The position numbers and the translations under genes are program-made. Below, piece after piece: positions 46,815 to 55,992 of a DNA stretch of 64,000 nucleotides. Below the pieces are notes generated by a model. The model saw only the letters and a list, made by a program, of their open reading frames with translations. It had not been told where the DNA came from and did no database searches. Position 1 is the stretch's first letter, and each line of letters starts with the position of its first letter. The stretch comes from Negativicutes bacterium (GTDB lineage Bacteria; Bacillota; Negativicutes; UBA1444), in the NCBI GenBank assembly GCA_963665275.2, contig CAXXIN010000016.1:256001-320000 (forward strand), written 5' to 3'.

Positions 46815-46872
46815 GAATACTTGACAAAGCGTGGCGCAGAAAATTTTCTGCGCCACGCTTTGTCAAGTATTC
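46815..46872. repeat. 58-bp perfect palindrome between convergent genes
   Basis: gaatacttgacaaagcgtggcgcagaaaa|ttttctgcgccacgctttgtcaagtattc. Confidence 0.95.
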
Positions 46873-46895
46873 ATAATAATATTAAAAACAACTAC

Positions 46896-47696
46896 TTACA
46901 TGGCTTTTTGTTGACAAGATGTTACCAGCATATCTTGCATTGCAATCAGTGCGGCGCCGATCGCTCCCGTAAGCTGGCAGGCGGGAGCTACAATGATGGG
47001 ATGATGGATTTCCGCAGCAAGCGCACTGACAATGCCTTTGTTTTTCGCCACTCCGCCGGTCAAGACCACATCAGGGGATACTCCCACCCGAAAAGCTAAG
47101 CTGGCAACTCTTCTGGCAACCGATTGATGGATACCTGCAGCAACATTCGCAACTTTTTCACCGGAAGCCAGCCGCGAGATTACTTCTGATTCAGCAAATA
47201 CGGTGCAAGTGTTGCTAATCCCGACAATTGAATCGGCCTGCTCGGACAGAGCGCCCAGCTCACTTACGTCGATTTCCAAAATCTTCGCCATTACATCCAG
47301 GAAGCGGCCCGTGCCGGCTGCACATTTATCGTTCATAAGGAAACTGGAGACCAGGCCGGTTGAAGTTAGCGATATCGCTTTTACATCTTGCCCGCCGATA
47401 TCGATAATCGTTTTAACCGACGGAACCAAATGGTGTACGCCAAGTGCGTGACAGGAAATTTCACTGATTTGCTTGTCGGCTTGCGTGAAACTTAATCTTC
47501 CATAGCCTGTTGCGACTGTTTTGGAAATATCACTCCAGTTTAAACCTGATTTTTCAAAGATTTCGGCCACAACTCTGGCGGGCCCTGTTGTGCCGGCGCC
47601 GCCTGTCACAACAGCACTTACCATGATTGTTTTTGATTCGTCAATAATGGCAACTTTGGATGAAGAAGAACCAATGTCGATTCCAAGTGTATACAT
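46896..47696 (-). CDS. hadI: 2-hydroxyacyl-CoA dehydratase activator (HadI/HgdC/FldI family)
   Basis: GIDIGS, TGYGR, IDIGGQD, NDKCAAGTGRF, CTVFAESE. Confidence 0.9.
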   Translation of the reverse strand: MYTLGIDIGSSSSKVAIIDESKTIMVSAVVTGGAGTTGPARVVAEIFEKSGLNWSDISKTVATGYGRLSFTQADKQISEISCHALGVHHLVPSVKTIIDIGGQDVKAISLTSTGLVSSFLMNDKCAAGTGRFLDVMAKILEIDVSELGALSEQADSIVGISNTCTVFAESEVISRLASGEKVANVAAGIHQSVARRVASLAFRVGVSPDVVLTGGVAKNKGIVSALAAEIHHPIIVAPACQLTGAIGAALIAMQDMLVTSCQQKAM

Positions 47697-47762
47697 TTTT
47701 CGTCTCCTTTTATTGTGTTGGTTGAAATAAATACATGATTATTGGCTATCACATAATGTTAA

Positions 47763-47778
47763 AGCAATTTTCATGCCA
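47763..47778 (-). promoter_or_regulatory. Sigma54 (-24/-12) promoter of the activator gene
   Basis: TGGCAT-GAAAA-TTGCT on the minus strand. Confidence 0.85.
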
Positions 47779-47909
47779 AGAAGAGTATTTTTACATATGG
47801 TTTTACCCCAAATAGGCGAAAATACAGTTAACTATTGAAGTTTTTCTCTCAGGTGACTTTGTTATATGCAATTATTACAGCAGAAATCACTAAATTTGCG
47901 TTAAAATTA

Positions 47910-48015
47910 TGAGGCAAAATCCCTCAGGGCCCAAACGATTAGCGGAATTTTCATATAATTACGGCGGAAGGGAAGGTGCTGAGGCGAATTGCATCGGGTG
48001 AGGCATAATGACTTA
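47910..48015. promoter_or_regulatory. Three candidate enhancer (UAS) sites for the adjacent EBP
   Basis: TGAGGCAAAATCCCTCA (47910), TGAGGCGAATTGCATCG (47980), TGAGGCATAATGACTTA (47999). Confidence 0.6.
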
Positions 48016-48175
48016 AACTCGTCAATTAGCATGTTGGCTTTTCGGATTTATCTCATCGGGGACTGTGTGAAGATCCTGCTGAAATCAGCTTGAACTCCTT
48101 ATTGTATAGGCTGTTTTGATCTACGTAGAAATTTAAATATTAACATTACAATGTGAAGTGTGCCGTTGATTCAAT

Positions 48176-48191
48176 TGGCACACTTTTTGCA
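48176..48191 (+). promoter_or_regulatory. Sigma54 (-24/-12) promoter of the dehydratase operon
   Basis: TGGCAC-ACTTT-TTGCA. Confidence 0.9.
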
Positions 48192-48266
48192 ATTAACTAA
48201 CATTATGGCCGAAGCAAGAACAAGACTTCTTTAAAGGCCAAGAACGATGTTGGAGAGGTGTATATT

Positions 48267-49490
48267 TTGAGTGAAGAAAAACTAACGTCGAAACAGTATC
48301 TAGCCGAGTTGTCCGCCAAACACTATCAAGATGCCATTGATGGAAAAAAGCGCGGCGAATTGGTCGCGTGGTCCTCGTCAATAGCGCCCCAGGAACTTTG
48401 TGAAACCATGGGAATTCATGTTATTTATCCGGAAAATCACGCTGCAGCCATCGGAGCTAAAGGCGGCGCGTTGCCGCTCATCAATTTTGCGGAAGGGCGG
48501 GGATACTCTGTTGACCTGTGTTCTTACGCCCGAATCAGCCTAGCCTACAAAGATATGCAAGATTGCTGTTTCGAAAATGTTCCCTTACCGGATCTGCTTA
48601 TCATTTGCAACAATATCTGTAACACGCTCGTAAAATGGTACGAAAATTTGTCGAAGGAACTGAACATACCCCTTATTTGCATTGATGTTCCGTTTAACAA
48701 TGAATATGAAGTGACAGGTGAAAGAATCGATTACATTAAGGCGCAATTTGTGGAAGCCATCCGCCAATTAGAAGAAATAACAGGAAAACAATTTGATTAT
48801 GATCGATTTCATGAAGTGATGGAAATTTCCAATAGAGCCGCTAAGTCATGGAATAAAGCGATGCAATTTACCAAAATTGTCCCATCCCCTTTGAACGGAT
48901 TCAATATTTTCAATTATATGGCGATGATGGTTACCAACAGGGGCCGGGAATCCTCCGTAAAGTTGTTTGATATGATCGCAGAAGAATTGGGCGAATTGGC
49001 GAAAAATGGTCAGACGCAGTTCCCTGTGGAAGAAAAGTATCGCATTATGTGGGAAGGAATCGCTTGCTGGCCCTATCTCTCCCACAACTTTAAAACATTT
49101 AAGCAGTATGGGATCAACATGGTTGGTTCGACGTATCCTGAAGCTTGGACGTTATTGTATGACGCCGGCGATCTTGACGGAATGGCCAGGGCGTATGCCA
49201 GCGTTATGAACAATTGCAATTTAGCCCGAGGCATTGATTTGAGAGTAAGAATTCTCGAAGAGTGCAAATGCGATGGAGCCGTTTATCATCTGAACCGCAG
49301 TTGCAAACTGATGGATTTCATGCAGTATCAGCTGGCCAAAGAGGTACACAAACGAACAGGTATTCCCTATGTCGTTTTTGATGGAGACCAGACGGATCCC
49401 CGCAATTTTGCCAAGGCCCAATTTGAAACCAGAATCCAGGCACTTGTAGAGACGATGGAACTTAATAAAGCTCAACGCAAACAAAACTAG
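48267..49490 (+). CDS. hadB: 2-hydroxyacyl-CoA dehydratase alpha subunit (HadB/HgdA/FldB family)
   Basis: YPENHAA, GYSVDLCSYAR, CNNICN...KWYEN, NRSCK, FDGDQ.DPR.F..AQFETR; likely TTG start. Confidence 0.88.
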   Translation: MSEEKLTSKQYLAELSAKHYQDAIDGKKRGELVAWSSSIAPQELCETMGIHVIYPENHAAAIGAKGGALPLINFAEGRGYSVDLCSYARISLAYKDMQDCCFENVPLPDLLIICNNICNTLVKWYENLSKELNIPLICIDVPFNNEYEVTGERIDYIKAQFVEAIRQLEEITGKQFDYDRFHEVMEISNRAAKSWNKAMQFTKIVPSPLNGFNIFNYMAMMVTNRGRESSVKLFDMIAEELGELAKNGQTQFPVEEKYRIMWEGIACWPYLSHNFKTFKQYGINMVGSTYPEAWTLLYDAGDLDGMARAYASVMNNCNLARGIDLRVRILEECKCDGAVYHLNRSCKLMDFMQYQLAKEVHKRTGIPYVVFDGDQTDPRNFAKAQFETRIQALVETMELNKAQRKQN

Positions 49491-49503
49491 GAGGTGATAA
49501 AAA

Positions 49504-50646
49504 ATGAAAGTTATTGAAAAAATCATCGAACAAATGAACGCGGTTGTCGAAAACCCAAGCCGAGTGGTGAGTGACTACAAAAAAGAAACCGGTAAAGGTG
49601 TTGTCGGGTGTTTCCCCTACTACACACCGGAAGAAATCGTCCATGCCTCCGGTATGTTGCCGATAGGCCTGTGGGGTGGCGAGACGCAGGTTGCCGAAGT
49701 ACATTCAATTCTACCGGCGTTCACTTGTCCGATTATGCAATCAAATATGGAATTTGCCCTGCGGGGTTTCTATAACGAGCTGGAGGCCGTTATTATCCCG
49801 GCTCCTTGCGATACGCTCAAGTCTGTCGGACAAGACTGGCTCTACGTTATCCCGCAAATCAAGGCAATCCTCCTAGTCTATCCCCAAATGCGAAAAATTG
49901 AAGGGGGTGTGCAATACCTCAAGAGTGAATTTATGCGTGTTAAAAAAGAAATTGAAGCTATTGTTGGAAAAGAAATTTCGGACAAAGCTCTTTCGCAAAG
50001 TATCGACATCTATAATGTGCATCGCGCAGCAATGCGCTCCTTTAGCGAAATGGCGCCATTGTATCCCGTCACTGTTACGCCAAGCATTAGACATTTAGTG
50101 ATCAAAAGCGCTTTCTTCATGGAAAAAAGCCGGCATACCACATTAGTCAACGCACTGATTCAAGAACTACAAAAGCAACCGGTCGAAAAAACGAACTGTA
50201 AAAAAGTAATTTTGACCGGGATCATCGCGGAGCCGAATGGGTTGCTGGAGCTTTTCCAGGAAAACGGTCTTACTGTTGTGGGTGATGATCTTGCCCATGA
50301 ATCCCGACTGTTTAGAACGGACGTGCCGGCCGATGGCGACCCGCTTACTCGCTTGGCACGGCAATGGTCACTCATCGAAGGCTGTTCGTTGGCTTACGAT
50401 CCGGAGAAAAAACGCGGCAATATGATTATCGAACTGGCCAAAAAAACGAAAGCCGACGGTATTATTCTTTGCATGATGAAGTTTTGTGATCCAGAAGAGT
50501 TCGACTACCCAATCCTTGCTTCCGAGTTTGAACAAGCCAAAATTCCGCTGTTATATCTTGAAGTTGATCAACAAAGCCAGTCGTTGGAGCAGCTTAGGAC
50601 TAGGATTCAGGCCTTTGCTGAAATGCTTGTATCTCAGCAGAAGTAG
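49504..50646 (+). CDS. hadC: 2-hydroxyacyl-CoA dehydratase beta subunit (HadC/HgdB/FldC family)
   Basis: PEEIVHA.G.LP.GLWG, CDTLK, DDLAHESR, MKFCDPEEFDYP. Confidence 0.88.
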   Translation: MKVIEKIIEQMNAVVENPSRVVSDYKKETGKGVVGCFPYYTPEEIVHASGMLPIGLWGGETQVAEVHSILPAFTCPIMQSNMEFALRGFYNELEAVIIPAPCDTLKSVGQDWLYVIPQIKAILLVYPQMRKIEGGVQYLKSEFMRVKKEIEAIVGKEISDKALSQSIDIYNVHRAAMRSFSEMAPLYPVTVTPSIRHLVIKSAFFMEKSRHTTLVNALIQELQKQPVEKTNCKKVILTGIIAEPNGLLELFQENGLTVVGDDLAHESRLFRTDVPADGDPLTRLARQWSLIEGCSLAYDPEKKRGNMIIELAKKTKADGIILCMMKFCDPEEFDYPILASEFEQAKIPLLYLEVDQQSQSLEQLRTRIQAFAEMLVSQQK

Positions 50647-50711
50647 CTTGGGGATTAAATTAATCACTATTTAAGATGTGCTCAATAAGTAAAAAAATGG
50701 AGGGACTAGTC

Positions 50712-52055
50712 ATGAATACAAATGTATGGAATGAATATAAAAAGAAAACAGTCAGCGCTGATGAGGCGGTGAAAATCGTAAAATCAGGCGACGAAGTAAT
50801 CATGGGGTCTGTTGACCTCCCGACGATTGAATTAGACAAGGCGTTGGCTAAACGGCGTGATGAATTACACAATGTATATCTACGCGGCACTAGTATTATG
50901 CATTATTCCGAAGCTCCAAAATCTGATCCCACGCATGAGCATTTTATCTTGAATGATCTGTCATTCTCCGTTGACGAAAGAAAAATGCAAGCGGATGGTC
51001 TGGCTTTCTTTATGCCCTGCATGTTGAGCGAAATCCCGGAAATTATCCGCAGGCGTCCGGCAGATGTGCTGTTTGTCGCTGCGACTCCCATGGATGACAA
51101 AGGTTTCTTCAATCTCAGTATTCCTGGCGTCGGCACGGCCGCGGCAATACAAACATCCAAGCGTATTGTGCTGGAAATCCATAAAACAATTCCGCACGTA
51201 TATGGGCCTGAACAATATGTCCACATTTCCGACGTGGATTATGTGGTCGAAGTCGCAGAAAGCAAGCTCCCGATCTACCTGCCCAATATCGAGCCTTCAG
51301 AAATTGACAAGAAGATCGCCATGAATATCATGCCGCTCATTACGGATGGTTCTTGCCTGCAGTTAGGGGTCGGCGGCACACCGAACTATGTTGGGAAAAT
51401 GATAGCCGAATCTGATCTTAAGGATTTTGGCATTCACACGGAGCTATTGGCCAGTGCCTACTTTGACATGTTCAAAGCTGGAAAAATTACCAATGCGAAA
51501 AAAACGCTGAATAAAGGAATCAGCATTTGTACGTTCGTTCTCGGCTCCAAAGAATTATATGAATTCATCGATCACAACCCGCTTATCCAATTATATCCCA
51601 GTGATTATACGAACAATCATCATAACATTATGCAGAACGATAACGTGATATCGATTTGCGGCTGTATCCATATTGACATCTTAGGACAGGTATCCGCCGA
51701 ATCGGTTGGCCGAAAACAGGTTTCCGGCACGGGCGGTCAGGTCGATTTTCATTACTCGGCCTATCATTCCAAAGGCGGAAAAGGAATCGTGTGTGTGCCG
51801 TCGGCTCGTTTTGACAATAAAACCAACAAATACATTTCCAACATACTGCCGGCTTTGGTTCCCGGCACATTGGTCACGACTCCCGCTTCTCTTATCAGTT
51901 ATGTTGCAACAGAAAACGGGCTTGTCGACTTGAAAGGAAAATCTACTTGGGAAAGGGCAGAAGCGTTGATCTCGATCGCACACCCTGAATGTCAGGACCA
52001 GCTTGTTGAAGAATGCAAAAAAGCCAACATTTGGCGTCGCAGCAACAAACGTTAA
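50712..52055 (+). CDS. Acetyl-CoA hydrolase/transferase family CoA-transferase (family I, Cat2/But-like)
   Basis: YKKKTVSADEAV, DGSCLQLGVG, GIHTE, SGTGGQ.DF, ERAEALISIAHP. Confidence 0.9.
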   Translation: MNTNVWNEYKKKTVSADEAVKIVKSGDEVIMGSVDLPTIELDKALAKRRDELHNVYLRGTSIMHYSEAPKSDPTHEHFILNDLSFSVDERKMQADGLAFFMPCMLSEIPEIIRRRPADVLFVAATPMDDKGFFNLSIPGVGTAAAIQTSKRIVLEIHKTIPHVYGPEQYVHISDVDYVVEVAESKLPIYLPNIEPSEIDKKIAMNIMPLITDGSCLQLGVGGTPNYVGKMIAESDLKDFGIHTELLASAYFDMFKAGKITNAKKTLNKGISICTFVLGSKELYEFIDHNPLIQLYPSDYTNNHHNIMQNDNVISICGCIHIDILGQVSAESVGRKQVSGTGGQVDFHYSAYHSKGGKGIVCVPSARFDNKTNKYISNILPALVPGTLVTTPASLISYVATENGLVDLKGKSTWERAEALISIAHPECQDQLVEECKKANIWRRSNKR

Positions 52056-52093
52056 TTAGTATCACATAAAAAAATTCTGGAGGTTGTATCATA

Positions 52094-53260
52094 ATGGACT
52101 TTAGAATCAATAAAAATCAGGAAATGCTTCGGCAAATGGCGCGTGACTTTGCAATGAAAGAAATTACTCCCTTTGCCGCGAAATGGGACAAGGAAGAAAG
52201 TTGTCCCATGGAAACAATTGCCAAATTACATGATATGGGATTGATGTCTATCGCGATTCCGGAGGAATATGGCGGACCTGGGTTGGACAATGTATCGTTG
52301 TGTTTGATTATGGAGGAATTGTCCAAAGCCGATGCAGGCTTGGCTACCATTGTAATGGGGTCTGCATTACTCGGTTCCGATCCGGTTTTGATCGCCGGTA
52401 CGAAGGAACAGAAAAAGTGGTGGTATGACCGTATGTTGGACGGTGCAATTGCCGCTTTTTGCCTGACAGAGCCGGAAGCCGGCACCGATGCTGGAAATAT
52501 GTCCACTCGCTGCGAAAAAGACGGGGATTCTTATGTAATCAACGGAATTAAACAATTCATCTCCAATGGTCAATTCGCGAAGCAATTTTCGCTGATGGCT
52601 ACTCTAGATAAAAAAATGGGCCCCAAAGGTATGTGCGCCTTTATGATTGACAGAGATACTCCTGGGATTTCTATTAGTAAGAAGGAAGAGAAGCTGGGAA
52701 TTCGCAGTAGCGCTACCAATGAAATAGTATTTGATAACGTGCGGGTTCCCGTAAAAAATCTGCTTGGCGCTGAAGGTCAGGGCATGCATATCATCATGCA
52801 AACTTTGGACATAAGCCGCACCGGGGTAGCTGCAATGGCTACCGGAATTTGTCAGGCTTCTTTGGAAGCTGCGGTCAAGTACGCCGGCGAAAGAGTGCAG
52901 TTCGGCAAACCCATCGGCAGTTTCCAGGCCATTCAATTTATGCTGGCCGATATGGCCATGTATACAGAGACGTCAAGGTTGCTTTATTTGAAAGCAGCCA
53001 GTTTGCAAGATGCCAAACTGCCGTTCAAAATGCTTTCATCCATGGCAAAATCATGGGCAGGCGATGCTGCGGTCAAAGTATCCTGCGATGCAATTCAAGT
53101 ATTTGGCGGCTATGGCTACACTAAAGATTATCCGGTCGAAAAATACTATCGTGATGCAAAAATCATGCAAATTTACGAAGGAACAGCTCAAGTTCAAAGA
53201 ATGGTCATTGGTAAAGATTTAACGAAAACTGGTTATACTCCGTTCTATGTCGAGCCATAA
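52094..53260 (+). CDS. Acyl-CoA dehydrogenase
   Basis: FCLTEPEAGTD, KLGIR.S, RVQFGKPI..FQ, QIYEGT. Confidence 0.94.
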   Translation: MDFRINKNQEMLRQMARDFAMKEITPFAAKWDKEESCPMETIAKLHDMGLMSIAIPEEYGGPGLDNVSLCLIMEELSKADAGLATIVMGSALLGSDPVLIAGTKEQKKWWYDRMLDGAIAAFCLTEPEAGTDAGNMSTRCEKDGDSYVINGIKQFISNGQFAKQFSLMATLDKKMGPKGMCAFMIDRDTPGISISKKEEKLGIRSSATNEIVFDNVRVPVKNLLGAEGQGMHIIMQTLDISRTGVAAMATGICQASLEAAVKYAGERVQFGKPIGSFQAIQFMLADMAMYTETSRLLYLKAASLQDAKLPFKMLSSMAKSWAGDAAVKVSCDAIQVFGGYGYTKDYPVEKYYRDAKIMQIYEGTAQVQRMVIGKDLTKTGYTPFYVEP

Positions 53261-53426
53261 CCGTCTTAGCGAAACGCCCCGGTTTATAGTTGAGTGATTA
53301 ATCGAGTTACCCCACAGTAATGTTGTCAGCAAGTCTTATTGTATATACAGTTTGGTCTTGCTGACAATTTTGCCTTGTGCGTTACAACTTCCGCAAAGTG
53401 GCCACATTAAGGAGGAATATAATTAT

Positions 53427-54563
53427 ATGAAAAATGGAATTGGAATTGGATTTTCCATGGCAGCGGTCTGGTTCGCAACTCACTGTGGTGGAGGGTTTGC
53501 CACTGGCAATCAGGAAGTCAATTTTTTTGTGAAGTATGGCTGGTTTGCTGCGTTTTTACCAATCATTGCTATGATTCTGTTGGGCTGGGCTCATCGGAAT
53601 GCGCTTGTTTTGGCTAAAGACTATAAAACCTATAATTATAAGAGTTATGGCGATGCCTTGTTTCATCCTTATGAAAAATATTTTTCCCTCGTGTTTGAAA
53701 TCGGCTTTATTTTACTGGTTGCTTGCGGCGTAAGTACTGCCATTGCCGGCGCCGGGGCCTTGTTGAAGAGCACTATTGGCTTGCCTTACGGAGTAGGCAT
53801 TGTATTGGTAGGGATAATTTTATTGTTCTTGACCACATACGGCGGCGACTTGATTATTAAAGTCTTAAGTCTTAAAACATATTTTCTAATCGTTACATTG
53901 CTGCTGCTTTGCGTGCTGGGTATGCAAATGGGAGCGTTCAGATTTACCAATGTTATCGCTACCGGAGATGCTTTCGGAAAAAGTTTTTGGGAAGCAGTTT
54001 GGTTAATGCTGATTTATGTCGGCTTTCAGGCTTTTACAGCGATGCCTATTATTTCGGTTTCGCATCGGATTAAGACAACGAAAGAGTGTAACTGGTTTAT
54101 GTTTTTTGGCACGCTACTCAATGGAGCATTTTTAGTGGCAATTTGTCTTATGTTGTTAGGTTTTACCCCTGAAGTTCTGGGCGAGACGCTTCCCGTATAT
54201 TATGTTTGTACACAGCTTGGCTTGCCTTGGCTAAAAGTTTTATATAGCGTAATTTTGTTTGTTGCGTTGCTCGGAACGGCCATCTCGCTAGTGTTTTCGG
54301 CAGTGGCTCGGTTTGAAGGGGCTTGGCCTGCCAGAGGTTTTTTTGAAAAGTTGCGGAGACGGCGGATTGCTATTTCGCTGATTACTATGGCAATTTGCAC
54401 TGGCATTTCTGTATTCGGCTTAACCAATATCGTGGTAAAAGGGTATGGTTCCGTTGGGTATATTGGCGTATTCTTTGTTTTAATTCCTGAGTTGATTGTC
54501 GGCACGGTTAAAATCAGAAATAATGCCCGTCGTCGTCAGGAACAAGGAATTATAGAAGGATGA
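53427..54563 (+). CDS. YkvI-like multi-TM transporter
   Basis: VWFATHCGGGFATG.QE; about 10 TM segments; GL..IV..GY. Confidence 0.75.
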   Translation: MKNGIGIGFSMAAVWFATHCGGGFATGNQEVNFFVKYGWFAAFLPIIAMILLGWAHRNALVLAKDYKTYNYKSYGDALFHPYEKYFSLVFEIGFILLVACGVSTAIAGAGALLKSTIGLPYGVGIVLVGIILLFLTTYGGDLIIKVLSLKTYFLIVTLLLLCVLGMQMGAFRFTNVIATGDAFGKSFWEAVWLMLIYVGFQAFTAMPIISVSHRIKTTKECNWFMFFGTLLNGAFLVAICLMLLGFTPEVLGETLPVYYVCTQLGLPWLKVLYSVILFVALLGTAISLVFSAVARFEGAWPARGFFEKLRRRRIAISLITMAICTGISVFGLTNIVVKGYGSVGYIGVFFVLIPELIVGTVKIRNNARRRQEQGIIEG

Positions 54564-54639
54564 GAAAAAACGACAATACCGACCCGGCACGGATTAGTCG
54601 TCGTTGCCGGGCTGGTGCAAGTCACTATGTTCACGATGA

Positions 54640-54762
54640 GCTGGTGGCGGCTCTACCAATGCGGTAGTACATACCTTGGCGCCGGCTGAAGTTATGAGTG
54701 TGAAGTTTGACCTGCAGGATTTTGACCAAGTTCAGTTGTCTGTGCCGGTGGCGGCGTATTGA
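54640..54762 (+). pseudogene. Internal relic of an IlvD/Edd dihydroxy-acid dehydratase gene
   Basis: AGGGSTNAVVHTLAPAEVMSVKFDLQDFDQVQLSVPV matches the family signature GGSTNAVLHLLAIA...L.DFD....VP; no start codon. Confidence 0.7.
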
Positions 54763-54763
54763 G

Positions 54764-54814
54764 AAAAAGACCTCTGGCGTAGATGCTGCAAATCTACACC
54801 GGAGGTCTTTTTTT
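54764..54814 (+). terminator. Terminator
   Basis: aaaaagacctctgg...ccggaggtctttttt. Confidence 0.8.
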
Positions 54815-54892
54815 GTAACAGATTCATTTTCGACATAGAGGCAGGGGATGTGTTAGACTGTTGGTGGAAAATCAAAGTGTGGAGGTGAAGAC

Positions 54893-55783
54893 ATGGAGTT
54901 GCATCAATTGCAGTATGTGGTGGAGGTTGCCAGCCAGAAAAACTTCACTCGGGCTGCGGATAAAATCAATGTTAGTCAATCCACGCTTTCCCAACAAGTT
55001 GCTAAATTGGAAGATGAATTGGGCGTCAAATTGTTTGAACGCAATTCCCGAACCGTAGACTTGACTCAGATCGGGGAAGAATTTATCATTCAGGCGAAAA
55101 TTTTGTTGGACAATCTGGAAAAATCAAAACAAATTGTCATGGAATATAAGGGGCTGATAAAGGGAACATTGCGGATTGGCGTGATCGCTTCGTTAGGCCG
55201 TATTGACTATGGTGACATGATCTCTTCATTCTATAAACAATACCCAGGCGTAAAATTTGAAATCGTGCAGGCGGGAACCTATGAATTGCTTGAAAAGCTC
55301 GCAGCAAAGACAATCGAAGTAGCTTTTGTTGTCATGCCGACGCCTGAGCAGTATCGAGACATCAATTTCCGACATTTAGCCTATGATGATTATGTTCTGG
55401 CACTCCCCCCATCACATCGCTTAGCGGGAAAAGAATCGCTTGATTTAGCAGAGGTGGCTGCAGAGAAGTTTATTTTTCATCCTGCAGCAGATCGCATGTT
55501 TTCCATTTGCATGGAGGCCTGCATCAAAGCGGGCTTTCATCCCAATATCGTATGTGAAAGCAACCACTCACCTACCTGTTTGTCGCTGATTAGTGCGGGT
55601 ATGGGTATTGGTTTTTTTCCTGGGGAAAAACTTAAAGATACACCATTCCCTATTGCAATTGTTCCACTCAAACAACCGCTGAAAAAAGAGATTGTGCTGG
55701 CGTTTGGTAAGCAAGCCACGCTTTCACCAGTGGCGGCAAAGTTTCATAGCTTTGTATCAAAATGGGTGAATTCGTTGGATTAG
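54893..55783 (+). CDS. LysR-family transcriptional regulator
   Basis: MELHQL.Y...NFTRAA...SQSTLSQQ..KLEDELGVKLFER. Confidence 0.95.
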   Translation: MELHQLQYVVEVASQKNFTRAADKINVSQSTLSQQVAKLEDELGVKLFERNSRTVDLTQIGEEFIIQAKILLDNLEKSKQIVMEYKGLIKGTLRIGVIASLGRIDYGDMISSFYKQYPGVKFEIVQAGTYELLEKLAAKTIEVAFVVMPTPEQYRDINFRHLAYDDYVLALPPSHRLAGKESLDLAEVAAEKFIFHPAADRMFSICMEACIKAGFHPNIVCESNHSPTCLSLISAGMGIGFFPGEKLKDTPFPIAIVPLKQPLKKEIVLAFGKQATLSPVAAKFHSFVSKWVNSLD

Positions 55784-55856
55784 CATATTTCAAAAATCAT
55801 AGGTCTTGAACAAGAGGCGCACTGTTGTCTGATAAGACGGCGATGCGCCTCTTGTC

Positions 55857-55871
55857 ATTGATGAAACCGAT
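55857..55871 (+). promoter_or_regulatory. Candidate LysR recognition box upstream of the Fe-ADH operon
   Basis: ATTG-N7-CGAT dyad containing T-N11-A, just after the lysR hairpin (55810-55855). Confidence 0.45.
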
Positions 55872-55992
55872 TGGTGGTATGGATAAGATGATTTGCGATT
55901 ATTCTGTTAATAATTTAAGATTCAGATGACAAGCAGGTGAAGGGTATGGGGGCGGCTGGTTGTCACGCACGATCGTTAAAGGGGAGGGGAAA

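Noticed and set aside
48267-50646. Assigning the dehydratase as glutamate-fermentation HgdAB to link it with PGA and hbd/crt
   Set aside because: Alpha-subunit length and motifs look closer to HadB, and gctAB/gcdA are absent; substrate left unassigned.
53323-53367. TTGTCAGCAAG...CTTGCTGACAA inverted repeat as a mobile-element end
   Set aside because: Single intra-operon hairpin with no target duplication; more simply a partial terminator or stability element.
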